Assembly: GCF_001194135.2 (NCBI RefSeq)
Contig: NC_068985.1
Location: 39,330,075-39,362,244 of the forward strand
Length of the DNA stretch: 32,170 bases
Reading direction: 5' to 3'
Source of the DNA: Octopus bimaculoides
Lineage: Eukaryota
The notes under the pieces are model-generated. The model did no database searches. It saw only the letters and a list, made by a program, of their open reading frames with translations, and had not been told where the DNA came from. Positions 10,529-22,784 of this stretch are shown here, in pieces. The translations under genes and the position numbers were made by a program. The stretch's first letter is position 1, and each line of letters opens with the position of its first letter.

Positions 10529-11380
10529 CACGCGTACTGAACAACTGAAATAACGACATCTAGGAAACGATTCGATCTGTCAGGACCTACTGAATAATTT
10601 AATCGTTTATAAAACACAACGAATTGAACTAATTCTGGCAGAGGTCCGTTGATAAAATTCCAGACGAAAGCTGTGTATAAATCTTCAGGTCTAAAAATGC
10701 GATCCGCATAACATTCCTAACTGAAATGGGTGAAAATCACGCCAATCTAGAAACAAACCAGAAAATAGGCTTTTATCACCTATTTTTCTTTTGTATATTC
10801 GTGACTACATATATGAAAATGTCTCATACTATGAACTCTGAAATAATTAGAAACACTAAATTATTAAATCAACGATAATTATATTCACAAGTACGTCGAG
10901 CTTTGATACATGCCTTATAGCAACCTAGCGCAATTTATCTTTCAAAAATATGGTTTTGTTTTCGATATATATGTATTGAGAGAGACACGACAAAGTTTTA
11001 AGAAAATTAGGCCACACACAGAGACCGCTATATGTATAATGTATATATGTATTAAACATATGTGTATTCATGTATATATGTGTTTGTATATATATATATA
11101 TATATATATATNNNNNNNNNNNNNNNNNNNNNNNNNNNNNNNNNNNNNNNNNNNNNNNNNNNNNNNNNNNNNNNNNNNNNNNNNNNNNNNNNNNNNNNNN
11201 NNNNNNNNNNNNNNNNNNNNNNNNNNNNNNNNNNNNNNNNNNNNNNNNNNNNNNNNNNNNNNNNNNNNNNNNNNNNNNNNNNNNNNNNNNNNNNNNNNNN
11301 NNNNNNNNNNNNNNNNNNNNNNNNNNNNNNNNNNNNNNNNNNNNNNNNNNNNNNNNNNNNNNNNNNNNNNNNNNNNNNNN

Positions 11381-11411
<31 letters not shown>

Positions 11412-12215
11412 GTGTGTGTATATATGTAGGAAAGTAAGTAAGTGTATGTGTGTGTGTGCGTTTGTGTGTGCGCGCGCGTGTATTGTGCTGCTTGTCGGAG
11501 TGAAAGAGAGTCTGTGAGAGTATGCATATGTGGCAGTTCTTATGTGGCTTCGTTATGTGTGAGTGAATCTGAGTGAATAGAGATATAATCCCCCCTATGG
11601 AGATTAATATTGCCAACGAAAATACATTTTAATTTTTGCTACTTTGTTCTGTTAATCTTTCAAACATGATGTTTATTACATATAATATTTTTTTCCTTGC
11701 CATTCTAACACCGTTTCCAAAGCAAATTATATTCACTTAGATAAACATTCTCAGACACACTATCAATTCTCACCTACCACGTTCACATTTATCATCAACG
11801 CAGTATTGACACATACAAATAGGAGAGCATATTCATAGTTACAGAGATATATATGTGTGTGTGTAAGTGTGTGTGTAATTATATGGATATATATTTATGT
11901 AAGTGTGTGTCTGCATGTATGTATGTGTATTGAGCTTTGTTGATGTGTTAATGGATGCATCATGACGTCGAGTGCTCATGCCAAACTATTACACAGCTGT
12001 AGCTGCTTCAGTACAATTTATATCTGGTATTTGAGTGTGTATGCCATAAGCACGTCTGACTGTATGCATGTTCAACCAGGCACCTCATATGGACAAGCCC
12101 TGAAATGTTTTACATATTTCCACATTTCCACTAACTGATTATGTTTGGAAAATATGATTCACTTTATATTATTCTTTTTTAGTTCTAGGATATATATAAT
12201 CTCTCTCTCTCTCTC

Positions 12216-12250
<35 letters not shown>

Positions 12251-12378
12251 NNNNNNNNNNNNNNNNNNNNNNNNNNNNNNNNNNNNNNNNNNNNNNNNNN
12301 NNNNNNNNNNNNNNNNNNNNNNNNNNNNNNTATATATATATATATATATATGCATATATATATATATGTGTGTGTATG

Positions 12379-12409
<31 letters not shown>

Positions 12410-12424
12410 ATAAAGAATAAGTAT

Positions 12425-13309
12425 AAAACGACATGAATGTACTCTGGTTCTAAGAAATGGCACCTTATAGATTACATCCTCACCAGGAAACGAGATACTA
12501 GGGACTTTGCTATTTTATGAGTGATGCGTGGTGCAGAGTTCTGGACTGATCATAGGCTTTTGCGTGCCAAGGTGAATTTTGTTGTCAAGCCTAAGGTTAC
12601 AGCAAATAATGACAAGTAACCTAAACGGATTGATGTCAATAAACTTAAGATTCCGTCAGTACACAATGAGTTTGTGAGTGAGATAAATAATTTGTCCTGT
12701 GATGGAAGTTGGACGTCATTAACAAAAAAAAAAGGAGTATACGAGATGTGTAGTAACATTCTTGGCGTTGTTGTAAAAAAACACCAAGATTGGTTTGACG
12801 ATAATGATGGAGATGTTAATCTTATCTTAGAGGAGAAGCGAAAGGCATTTAACATGTTGCAAAATGTTGATATGTCAGCGAACAGAACAGTGGCTACATA
12901 TTTCAAGGCAGTAAAAGCAACAGTGCAGAGGAAGCTGAGGATGATGCAGGAAATTTGGTGGAGTGATAGATGCGATGAAATCCAAGAAGCTTCAAATGCT
13001 AACAATTCCAGACATTTTTACTCTCTCTTGAAAAATGTTTATGGACCAGTTTCATCAAAGGATGCGCCACTTCGGAGCAAGGATGGCACAGAATTATTAA
13101 CAAATCCTAAAGATATTGTTAGGAGATGGAATAGACCCACTGAAGTTGATCTCTCTTTTCTTGATAATATACCAGAGAGACCAATAAAACATCTTATAGC
13201 AGAAGTTCCAAACCTGGCTGAAATAAAAGCAGCAATCAAGAAATTGAACAATGAAAAGGTCCCTGGTATGGATGAACTTGGGGCGGAGATATGTAAATAT
13301 GGTGGTGAT
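12425..13309 (+). mobile_element. RTE-clade (BovB-like) LINE ORF fragment: end of AP endonuclease, linker and start of RT region
   Basis: Single frame KTT*MYSGSKKWHLIDYILTRKRDTRDFAIL*VMRGAEFWTDHRLLRAK...K*PKRIDVNKLK...KKHQDWFDDND...KATVQRKLRMMQEIWW...LKNVYGP...PLRSKDGTELLT...AIKKLNNEKVPGMDELGAEICKYGG. The WHLIDY, TDHR, HQDWFD and K.PG.D..AE..K.GG motifs are typical of RTE LINEs. Stops at 12434, 12518 and 12617. Confidence 0.9.
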
Positions 13310-13462
13310 TCAAATATTATCCCGGGTAAAACCAGGCCGTATTTTGAATGTTGTGCTCAGATTGAAGGAATAAATTAAGTGATTAGCTTAGTTATGCTTC
13401 ACTTAGGTGTATAGTGTAAGAGAGACAAGCATTATGATACATAGATAGATCAAAGAGAAAAG

Positions 13463-13507
<45 letters not shown>

Positions 13508-13763
13508 GCGCATAAAGTGGTTGGGATCACTAAAGATCCCGACAGTTAACTAGCACTTCCACGTATACAAGACTCTCAGAATACTGAATGAATACATAAA
13601 TATTTCTAATAATTCTACAGGTCAATATAGCCAGCCCTTGCAAAGTTAAACTACTGTATAACATCTTGTAAATTCATTTACGTCGCAATGTGACTCTGGA
13701 GCATATTACCGGCTTATAATATAGTAAAGAAGCAAGAATGAACAGCTACAACATTGCAATGTT

Positions 13764-14070
13764 TTGATGACTTAGTGTTTAGGATATTCGGCTCACGACT
13801 GTAAGGTCGTAAATCGATACCTGGTGGAGCGTTGTGTCCTTGAGCAAGGTACAAGGTATTTCACGTTGCTCCAGTCCACTCAGCTTACAAAAATGAGTAG
13901 TACCACTAATTCAAAGGGCTTGTCTTGTCACATTCTGTGTCACGCTGAATCGCGCTGAGAACACGTGTTTCTGGAGTGCTTAACCACTTGCGCTTTAATT
14001 TCAAGTGTAAACTGTTCCGTTGATTGGGCCAACTGAATCACATGTCGTCGTAACCGACGGACTGCCAATA
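13764..14070 (+). mobile_element. SINE family A copy
   Basis: gcgttgtgtccttgagcaag body and tail ending gtcgtcgtaaccgacggactgccaata; colinear with 7109-7418. Confidence 0.8.
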
Positions 14071-14245
14071 ATGTATAACAAGCAAAATTATTAATATATA
14101 NNNNNNNNNNNNNNNNNNNNNNNNNNNNNTATATATATAAAAGAATGTTAGCAAGCTATATCATGGCTACAAGAGATAAAATTCAGCAAGTTCAATGTTG
14201 ACAAAGTTCAGCTTGGAATCGCAAAGTAAGTCACAGCTTATTATC

Positions 14246-14460
14246 AAAGCGGCAAGCTGCCAGAAATGTTAGCACACCGGGCGAAATACATAGCGGTATT
14301 TCGTCTGCCGTTACGTTCTGTGTTCAAATGCTGCCGGTGTCGACTTTGCCTTTCATCCTTTCGGGGTCGATAAATTAAGTACCAGTTACGCACTGGGGTC
14401 GATGTAATCGACTTAATCCCTTCCCCCCAATTTGAGGCCTTGTGCTTCCGGTAGAAAAGA
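14246..14460 (+). mobile_element. SINE family B, well preserved, with probable 8-bp TSD TTATTATC
   Basis: Head gcggcaagctgccagaa...gttcaaat; near-identical body to 28722-28957 (opposite strand); ttattatc at 14238-14245 and 14461-14468. Confidence 0.9.
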
Positions 14461-14961
14461 TTATTATCTTGAGGATTATCAGAGAAAACACTATAGGAAA
14501 ATAACAGAAAGACATTTTTGGAATAAGAATTTTGAATAAGTCTGGAGAAAATATGAACGAGGACATGTGTGCGTGTTTCGTTCCTTATTCAGCAATGGAA
14601 ACAGTTCGTCTGGTAATGGAAACAGTTCTGGAGAAAGCATGAATAATGTCTTTACGACCTCATGTAATATGAAAATAAAACCTGCTGTTTTATGAGAAGA
14701 ACCCGCCAAAATTAGAACGAGCTACAAGTATTTAAACAAAGAAATTGTATTAAATACAGTTATATGACATGCAGAGGGGGCATCTCGTCTGGGATGGGTT
14801 TTTTGGGGGGTTTTTTTCACATGAATTTAAAGTGAACTGAACAGCCAATAAGTTATATAATGTACAAAACAGAGGACAACAGTTCTGAAACTCTTTTATT
14901 ATCAACTTTTGATAAAATGGTCGAAAATAATTATAAGATTTTACACCAAGCGGTACATTAA

Positions 14962-15098
14962 GAGTGATTGTGTGGCCGTTACCAATGTTGTTATTTTCTA
15001 TAATTGGTGAAAATGTTTGGGTAAGAAACAGATATCGAGATTTAAATAATTTGCTTAATACTTTAAGTAAACATAAGAAATCTGCGACGCGTTGCCTC
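14962..15098 (+). mobile_element. Possible remnant of a hAT-type TTF zinc-finger transposase region
   Basis: E*LCG then, after a frameshift, PMLLFSIIGENVWVRNRYRDLNNLLNTLSKHKKS. This resembles the WLCG..WPCLLF..W...G..DL..L..HE.S..H pattern; recalled similarity only. Confidence 0.35.
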
Positions 15099-15964
15099 GA
15101 AGTGATAAGAAGTTTTGTTGACAATTTATTTTATTAATGCATACTGTTAGCTTATGTATTTACTCACAGCATGCACCTAATAGCTATTTGTCTCTCACTA
15201 TATGTGTGTGTGTGTGTGCATGTGTGTGAGAGTGTGTGTGTGTGCGTGTGTGTACGTGTGTGTGCGTGTAGGGAATGCGTGTGAGTGGGAGCGTATGTGT
15301 GTATGTGCGTGTGTACGTGTGTATGAATACATGTGCGGATACGAGTATGTATTTATTATCGCCTTATATATGTATATATATATATATATATATATACATA
15401 CATATATATATATGTATGTACGTATGTATGTATGTATGTATGTAAGTGTATGTGCGCGTGCGTTCACGTATATGTATTTATGTATGTATGCATGGATGGA
15501 TGGATGTTTGTGTGAACCGATCCACTACACCAGGTACACACACACACACACACATATATATATTCATGTGTATGTCTGTGTATGTATACATCCCTGCATA
15601 TATGTATGTATGTTTTCACGTATCAATTACTGCAGTTTCATGTTCCGTTGAAATCGAAGATCACAGAAAGCTTTCTCAAAGAACCTACTGCAATATTAAT
15701 TATTAGGTATGAAGAAATATCTACAAGTGCACAGTAAGATGGTTGTTATAAGTACGTTATTATGTGTGTGTTATGCGGTATTTGACCTATGGCTAAATCT
15801 TTTCTTGTTTGAATTTCAAAGATATTTTCCTCTAAACATAATCCTTCCTTGATCTCAGCGAATCTATTTATCTTGCTTTCAACAATTATCTTGGATCCTT
15901 TTTATAGCTCAATATGCAGGAAGCCCATTCCTCCATACTCAAACAAAATGCACAAATTCACAGG

Positions 15965-16000
<36 letters not shown>

Positions 16001-16366
16001 GAATATACAAGGAACATTTCTTTAGCTGACGTAAAGTAATGGCTATGTACAATGAGTACTCAGTTTAGTGTACTGCTAAAACTCCGGTTTGAACTGCAAC
16101 TGATGCGTGTGAGATTGAGAGTGTCTACCAAAGGCGGCTAGAAGTCATTCCTCCTTGAGCAGGTGAATATAGATTAAAAACAAAATTAAATTAAAAAGTA
16201 AAACATTTGGTGTCACTCGAAAAAAAACTTTTGTATGTATGTTTGTATGTCATTATACAGTTTATTTCAAGATTTCATGCCAATAGAGAAAGAATCGGTT
16301 TCTAACCTAGATCCAAGACTCCTTCATTAGAATTTCAACATCAACAACAGGCTATTTTTGTTTGTC

Positions 16367-16490
16367 TGTATATATGTATGTATGTACGTATGTATGTATG
16401 TATGTATGTATGTATGTATGTATGTATGCATGCATGTATGCATGTATGCATGTATGCATGCATGCATGTATGTACGTATGTATGTATGTT
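16367..16490. repeat. (TATG)n/(CATG)n microsatellite
   Basis: Read directly. Confidence 0.95.
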
Positions 16491-16796
16491 TTATATATGT
16501 ATTCTTATGCAAATAGTTGTATATCTAGAAATGCTCATATATATTTAAATGATAAACTTCTGGAAAGTTTTACAGGTTTTTACAGTTCCAGTGATAGATT
16601 GGATGTATCGTCTTCGAATTAGTTTTCTCCTTTCTGGCCTAATTTCTACATCTGTAGAAATACATTTCTTTGTTCTCCCAATTAATTCTTTCACGGTGCT
16701 ATTTTCTTCTTTTTTAAATCTTCTTTATTGTTTAGATAATTGATAATTGTTCATCACCACCTCTGTTGGATTTACCTACAATTTAAGTTGACTAGA

Positions 16797-17028
16797 ATGA
16801 AACTAGCCAGTGCAAATGAAGGCAGTAATGCAAAAAAAAAAAAAAATCATGAGACGGGTTATTCTGGATATTAAACTTGTTGTTTTAAAAAACCTTGAGG
16901 CGGACGGGAAAATCAACCACATTGCCTAAACATTAGAGTTTGAAGCATATGCAATAAGAACAATAAGAAACGAAAGACAGGAAATAAAGTCAAGCGCTCG
17001 AGAAGTCACATCGTTACCTGCTCGGACC
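16797..17028 (+). mobile_element. pogo/Tigger transposase N-terminal (HTH psq-like) fragment
   Basis: MKLASANEGSNAKK, poly-A frameshift, then MRRVILDIKLVVLKNLEADGKINHIA*TLEFEAYAIRTIRNERQEIKSSAREVTSLPART. The end resembles GRIDRNNTEIIKAFARNVTHLP of the 7421-8895 fossil. Confidence 0.65.
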
Positions 17029-17066
17029 TTATTTCTTTCATAGATCTAACGGGGTTGCGTATAAAC

Positions 17067-17189
17067 CATTGATTCTCAACCAGTTTTTGATTATGGACCT
17101 CTTTGATTCCGATTTTACTCTACTGGACCCCCATGTTAAAAAAAAATACCTGTTATCTTGGGTCCGTGGACCGAAGTTCAGAATCGATG
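17067..17189. mobile_element. Possible short hAT/Charlie-like MITE
   Basis: Imperfect 15-bp TIRs (cattgattctcaacc vs reverse complement catcgattctgaact, 12/15); 8-bp TSD not recovered. Confidence 0.4.
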
Positions 17190-17523
17190 CATTGGTCCAA
17201 CGAGCACGATGGTAATTTTAAAATGCCGTAAATTTGTATGACAGCTCGCAGAAAAAAAGAATTTGAAACTTTTAATAAAGTACTTTTCCTAGCTTGTAAA
17301 ATACGTTGTAGCACTAAATAGCTACAGTTAGATATCGAAGATGGATGCATGATCAAGTAACCTACATAGATTTAACTCCATATGACTTTCTAAAAAAATG
17401 AAGTAGCGTTGTCTACGCTAAAGAAGAAATGATTTTCTACGATTTTAAAATTGTTTACTTTTTATTCGTAACTTCGTTTTTCCAAGTTTTCCACTTAACA
17501 TACCAGAAATGTATGTCTATATA

Positions 17524-18442
17524 CAAGGTGCATTCCAGAAGTTTTTAGACTTTTTAAAGAGATGCAGTTATAACTGTCCTAGATTGTTGTAATTTTAATA
17601 TATCATTACTATACATTGAGTGAAGGCGCATGGCTCAGTGGTTACAGCGTGGAGCTTACGATCGTGAGGTTGTGAGTTCGAATCCCAGACCGGGCTGCGT
17701 GTTGTGTTCTTGAGCAAGACACTTTATTTCCCGTTGCTCCAGTTCACTCAGTTGTAGAAATGAGTTGCGACGTCACAGGTGCCAAGCTGTATCGGCCCCT
17801 TTGCCTTTCCCTTGGATAACACTGGCGGCGTGGAGAGGGGAGGCCGGTATGCATGGGGGACTGCTGGTCTTCCATAAACAACCTTTCTCGGACTTGTGCT
17901 TGGGCGGGTAACTTTCTAGGTGCAGTCCCATGGTCAGTCATGACCGAAGGGGGTCTCAGCAATATATATTGAATTATTTGACCTGCCAAATTTTGTTATT
18001 CCAAATTGAAGAAGAGGTTGTAACAGCATTTTGGAAACACCCGACCTGTTACACTGCTTGTCACAGCAGACTAGTTTACAGAATGCAAACTAGTCCAATG
18101 GGACAAGTCCACTGGAAAGCTTATGATGGTCCATGTTTTCGACAGCAAAGATAACATCTACTTCCACTGGGTTCTCTCTGACCGAAAATAAAGAGTACTT
18201 TGTGTAAGTTTTGAGGGAGTTCAGGATGGGATTTCTTCGCAAAGGGCCAGTTTACCTGCACCAGAACAATGCACAAGTCCACAATTCTATCGGGTCTTGG
18301 ACTTCATGAAATGGCTGGAGCGCTACTACAAGTACAATGAAATTAGAGGATCCTACTTTGAAGGCGATTAAGAGTTTTGTGCTTTTTTGAAATTAATAAG
18401 TGTCTCCCCTAAAAAGTCTCAGAACTTCTGGAAAGCATCGTG
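17524..18442 (+). mobile_element. Internally deleted mariner with 32-bp TIRs and TA flanks, carrying a nested SINE
   Basis: TIRs 17524-17555 and 18411-18442 are imperfect reverse complements; TA at 17522-23 and 18443-44. Transposase remnants: KSTGKLMMVHVFDSKDNIYFHWV, NKEYFV*VLREFR..LHQNNAQVHNS, and the C-terminus DFMKWLERYYKYNEIRGSYFEGD* (18300-18371). Confidence 0.85.
17622..17957 (+). mobile_element. tRNA-headed SINE with family-A head and body but a different tail; intact Pol III A and B boxes
   Basis: A box TGGCTCAGTGG 17631-41; B box GTTCGAATCC 17676-85; body gtgttgtgttcttgagcaagacactt; diverges from family A after aatgagt (17765). Confidence 0.9.
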
Positions 18443-18480
18443 TAAATTCATTCTTGTGTTATATAGTTTCGGGCCTTTGC

Positions 18481-18590
18481 TTTCCGAGTTTAAATCTTGT
18501 TGATATCAACTTGGCCATTTGCTATCGTGGAGTCGATAAATTAAATTACCAGTGAAGAAATGGGATCCATTTAATCGGCTATTAGACTGT
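18481..18590 (+). mobile_element. Degenerate SINE family B fragment
   Basis: gagtttaaatc...gtcgataaattaaattaccagt...ttaatcg aligns with the 14320-14415 region. Confidence 0.5.
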
Positions 18591-19210
18591 TATTTCATTA
18601 AAAAATATATGGAACTTGTAGTGTTGTGTCGATGATAGAAGTCAGTGATATTAATTATATTTTTTCTAATTATGAGATCAGTGACAGTGTTGTTAATCTT
18701 TGTAATAAATCTTAGGTAATTTTATCATCGAGATTATAACATAAATATGAAGGATCATTAATTAAATGTTGAACTTCGTAACTACAAATGCTACCATTTA
18801 CTGAGTGTTCTCTCATTACGCCATTTTTAGTAGAAGAAAATCCTAAACATGAACCAAATTCTATAATATAATGCAAGTCTACTAAGTGGCCAATGGAGTC
18901 GGATTTTTTTTTTTTTGCAGGCATAAGAACGCAAGCACACACACATACACACACACATACATGTATGTGTATATACGCATACATATATAAGTATGTATAT
19001 ATTATGGGTATATATGTGTATGAGTGTACCTGTACGCATACATATATATATTTATAATACGTATACATATATGTATGTATGCATGTATGTATATGTGTAT
19101 GTATAGAAACAGATATCTAAATACAAGCTCATCTCTTTGCTTGTATGGTTGTTTTACTCAAACGCATTCTTCAACAATGGAATTTATATATGGATCTGTG
19201 TATTATTTGT

Positions 19211-19270
<60 letters not shown>

Positions 19271-20141
19271 GCACACATATTGTGTATGAAAATAATATAG
19301 CTATATGTATGTGTTTATGTATATAACTTTTTGTCTTTTCAAACATGTATTCACTTATCGTGTCCACTAGTAAATGTGGCAACCAACGGCCATCTTGCTT
19401 TTGCAAATTCGTTATTCATTTATCTGTAAGAAACCTACTTCTGCGAAATAACGTCTGAAATATTTGTTGTTCAAATCTTGTTTCCAGTGTAGCATAGTGA
19501 AAAATAATTCTGTCTAATTCGTACGCAATGATTTGTTGCTAACTCTATGCTTTTTCGTCATTAGTTTAAACGAAAGCGACAAGGAAAGCTACCGAGATAA
19601 CATTCTACGTCATTCGAGTATCTTTCCTTAATAAGATAAACGAAATGAAGTTCTCTTGTTTAGCTTTACTGTTTATCTTATTTAGGAGAGAAGCACTAGT
19701 GGAGTTTCTCTAAAAATTGTCTTTTCGTCTCCCATGCTCCAATTCAGTAATTTTCTTCGTTTCTTCACATTCATTTACTCGCTATCATTTTCATACACTC
19801 TGTCATTGTCATGCGTAAGCCTGTCTCCTTCTATCGTTCTCTCTCGTTCTCTCTCTTTCTCTTTCTCTCTCTCATTCTCTCACTCTCGATTCTCTACCCA
19901 TTTTATTTTATTTTCACCCTTACCCATTATCAGCTTCTCTTTCAGTCATTCATTCTTTCTTTCCTTTCTCATGTACGTGATAACATTTTTACTGAAAATA
20001 AATTTGTATGAGAAGTCTATGAACTTGTACATTAGCGTTAGTTCATATACGCATTATTCAATGGCTCACATACATGTACATGAACTCTAAACACATATCA
20101 ACATTTTTATACATTAACAATATATATATATATATATATAT

Positions 20142-20176
<35 letters not shown>

Positions 20177-21039
20177 TTTGTGTAGATACGCAAATGTGTA
20201 TGAAGAAATAAAAGAATATACACAGAACATAGAGAGCTGTGTATCTATATATATGTGTGTGTTTATGTTTGGTGTTTTTTGGGGGGTTTTTTTGCATGCT
20301 TGTGTTTCTCATCTTCCATTTGTGTGTGTATGAGGAACAAATAGGAAATGAATATAAATTGAGAATTTTGTTTTATACATGGAAATGTGTTCGCATTTAT
20401 AAAAGTATCTGTCGTTTTGCAATACATTTCTTGTATATAAATAAATAAATGTACGTGTGTGTGTGCGTGAATAAGTATATATATATATGTGTGTATGTGT
20501 GTGTGTGTGCGTGCGTATGTGTGTGTGTGTGTGTGCGTGCGTATGTGTGTGTGCGTGTGTATAATATATTTACACACACACACACATATATAAACACACA
20601 CATATATATAGATATCTATACATGCACATTTACATATACGTATATATACATACGAATATATATATATATATATATATAATATATGTGTGCGTGTCCATAT
20701 GTATTATATATATATCCATATTTGTAAATATGTAATACATATGCATATATATATTTATTATTTATACTACATATATGTATCTGAGTATTTATTACTGATA
20801 TTTGCAAAGAACTTTCTATCTCTGTAACCAAAAATATTCTCAGAAAACACTATTCATTTTTATTATAATTTATTCTTGTCGACCTTTCACGAAAAGAAAC
20901 CTTACTCATAGAGGCCATTGATACACGCCACGCGTACTACAGTATTACAAATAACTTTTTTAAAAGCTATAACGTTATTGCAGAAGAAAAAAATTTCATT
21001 TCAGTTACATTATATAATATTCTAAAAATTCGCTAGTGT

Positions 21040-21445
21040 GTTAAATCCCACAGAACAGAAATGGTGGCATTGAATTATTGGTACCAAAACCCAAAAGCCA
21101 TTTATCCGACGTCCGTGAATTAAGATAACAAATCCATTGGGTGAGCAAGGTTTCTAACGAGTAGTTATAATTCTGGATTGATCAAAATGATCGGTGAGAA
21201 ATGGGGGAACCTCCATAGCAGAAAACGGTAGAATAACTTAGAATAGGTAGTAGCAGAATTGTTTGGAACACGAAGAGTTGTTAGTTGTAGTTGGGTATAA
21301 CTAAGAGATACAAAGGGATTACAGGATAATCCTTATAGCTTTGAAGGTGATCTTGCAGTGATAAATTCGGTACAGCCGAAGGTGATGGAGGATACGCAAC
21401 GTAAAGGAAATCGTAGTCTCTTGTATATTGATAGAAGTATAGCTC
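21040..21445 (-). mobile_element. Very old LINE (CR1/L2/Jockey-like) RT C-terminal remnant
   Basis: Minus-strand pieces LLSIYK, FKAIRII, KLFYRF and VLWD fall in the order of the LINE thumb pattern (L..LYK..., AIRLI, LFYRY, LWN.LP); many frameshifts. Confidence 0.35.
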
Positions 21446-22726
21446 CATTGACTATTAATACGATAACTGGATTAGAAAAACAGGTTGGATGATATTTGAT
21501 GATTCAATTTGATCTCAGCAGTAATTAAAACACAAATGTGGTTCAGAATTTTTATATTGCTTGTTGGCATTCTCTAAATTTAGAAAAACTAAGCAAACAG
21601 GTTTACTTTATTTACTTCTGTGAAGAGGGGATTAAAGTGTATGCACCACTTACAAACCCTATTTTTAATATGTCATGGCTCTGTTGTCATACGATAATAC
21701 CAACAGAGAAGCCAACAGTATGTGCTTTCCGTGCGCTCATGTGATTATATGGTGGTGAATATGCGTTTCTCTGTTAGTGTTAGATTTTATTTGTATCTAA
21801 ACATTGAAATCTTGTTAGTTTTCTTATAACAGAAATAGAAAATACTCTCACTAATAGTGTTACTCTCACTAATAATACAGATACAAATATTTGTGACATG
21901 TCCATAAAAATACTGCTAAAGAAGGAACTAAATAATTTTTGCAGTGTTTAGGCTTGTTAATTTCTACAAATATTTATTAATATAAACAACATTATCATTT
22001 CTAAATCTCTCAAAGAAAGATATTCAGTAACAGTACTTTAAAGTAAAGACTATTTGCGAAGATGATGCGGCAGTCCTGGGCGGGACGAATGTTACTGTTG
22101 TTTAGCCCCAAGAAACGTCGTTTCCCGCTGGCTATACGGCACAATATCTGTGTCCTTATATTTTCAAACAGGGGAGCTCAGCACCCCCATCCAGCACAAA
22201 GCGACATCTATGGGCCGGTTTCTGAGTTATCCATAAAGCTGCCAAATCTCTTAAAGAGTATTTTTCTCTCTGCTGTAGTCAAATGTTTATATATATATAT
22301 GATTATTATTTATCATAAGCAATGATATGCCACCGAATACTGAGTATTATGACTGATTTGATTTTGCTATCGTCATTACCGATAATAGTGGTTTATGTCT
22401 TTCTTGATTTTTCATTTTAATGCAGGAAGGAACGTGCGGTAGGAAATAGAATTAAATATTTTATATTCGGATATGTAGTAAGAGGTAGAGCAAGGTTGGC
22501 ATGATGTAAATAGAATTTCAGCTGAGCACTTCCCATTCAGCGTGAGCTCATCTCTGCTTTTGCTCAACCTGATAAAAACAGCGACGAAATCTCTTTGTCT
22601 CTCGTCACAACTTACGATTTTAAAATAACAAGAATAACTTGAACAATGTAGTTCTAAATATATGAAAGGACTTGGAACTTGCGACTGGAAAATTCTTTAA
22701 TAAGTACTTGATCCTTTGGGAAAACG

Positions 22727-22784
<58 letters not shown>

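Noticed and set aside
14594-14628. Direct repeat aatggaaacagttc (period 21)
   Set aside because: Short local duplication; no independent evidence of function.
17622-17695. tRNA gene call for SINE heads (also 7109 and 13764)
   Set aside because: A/B boxes are present, but no complete cloverleaf acceptor stem or terminator, and each continues into a SINE body.
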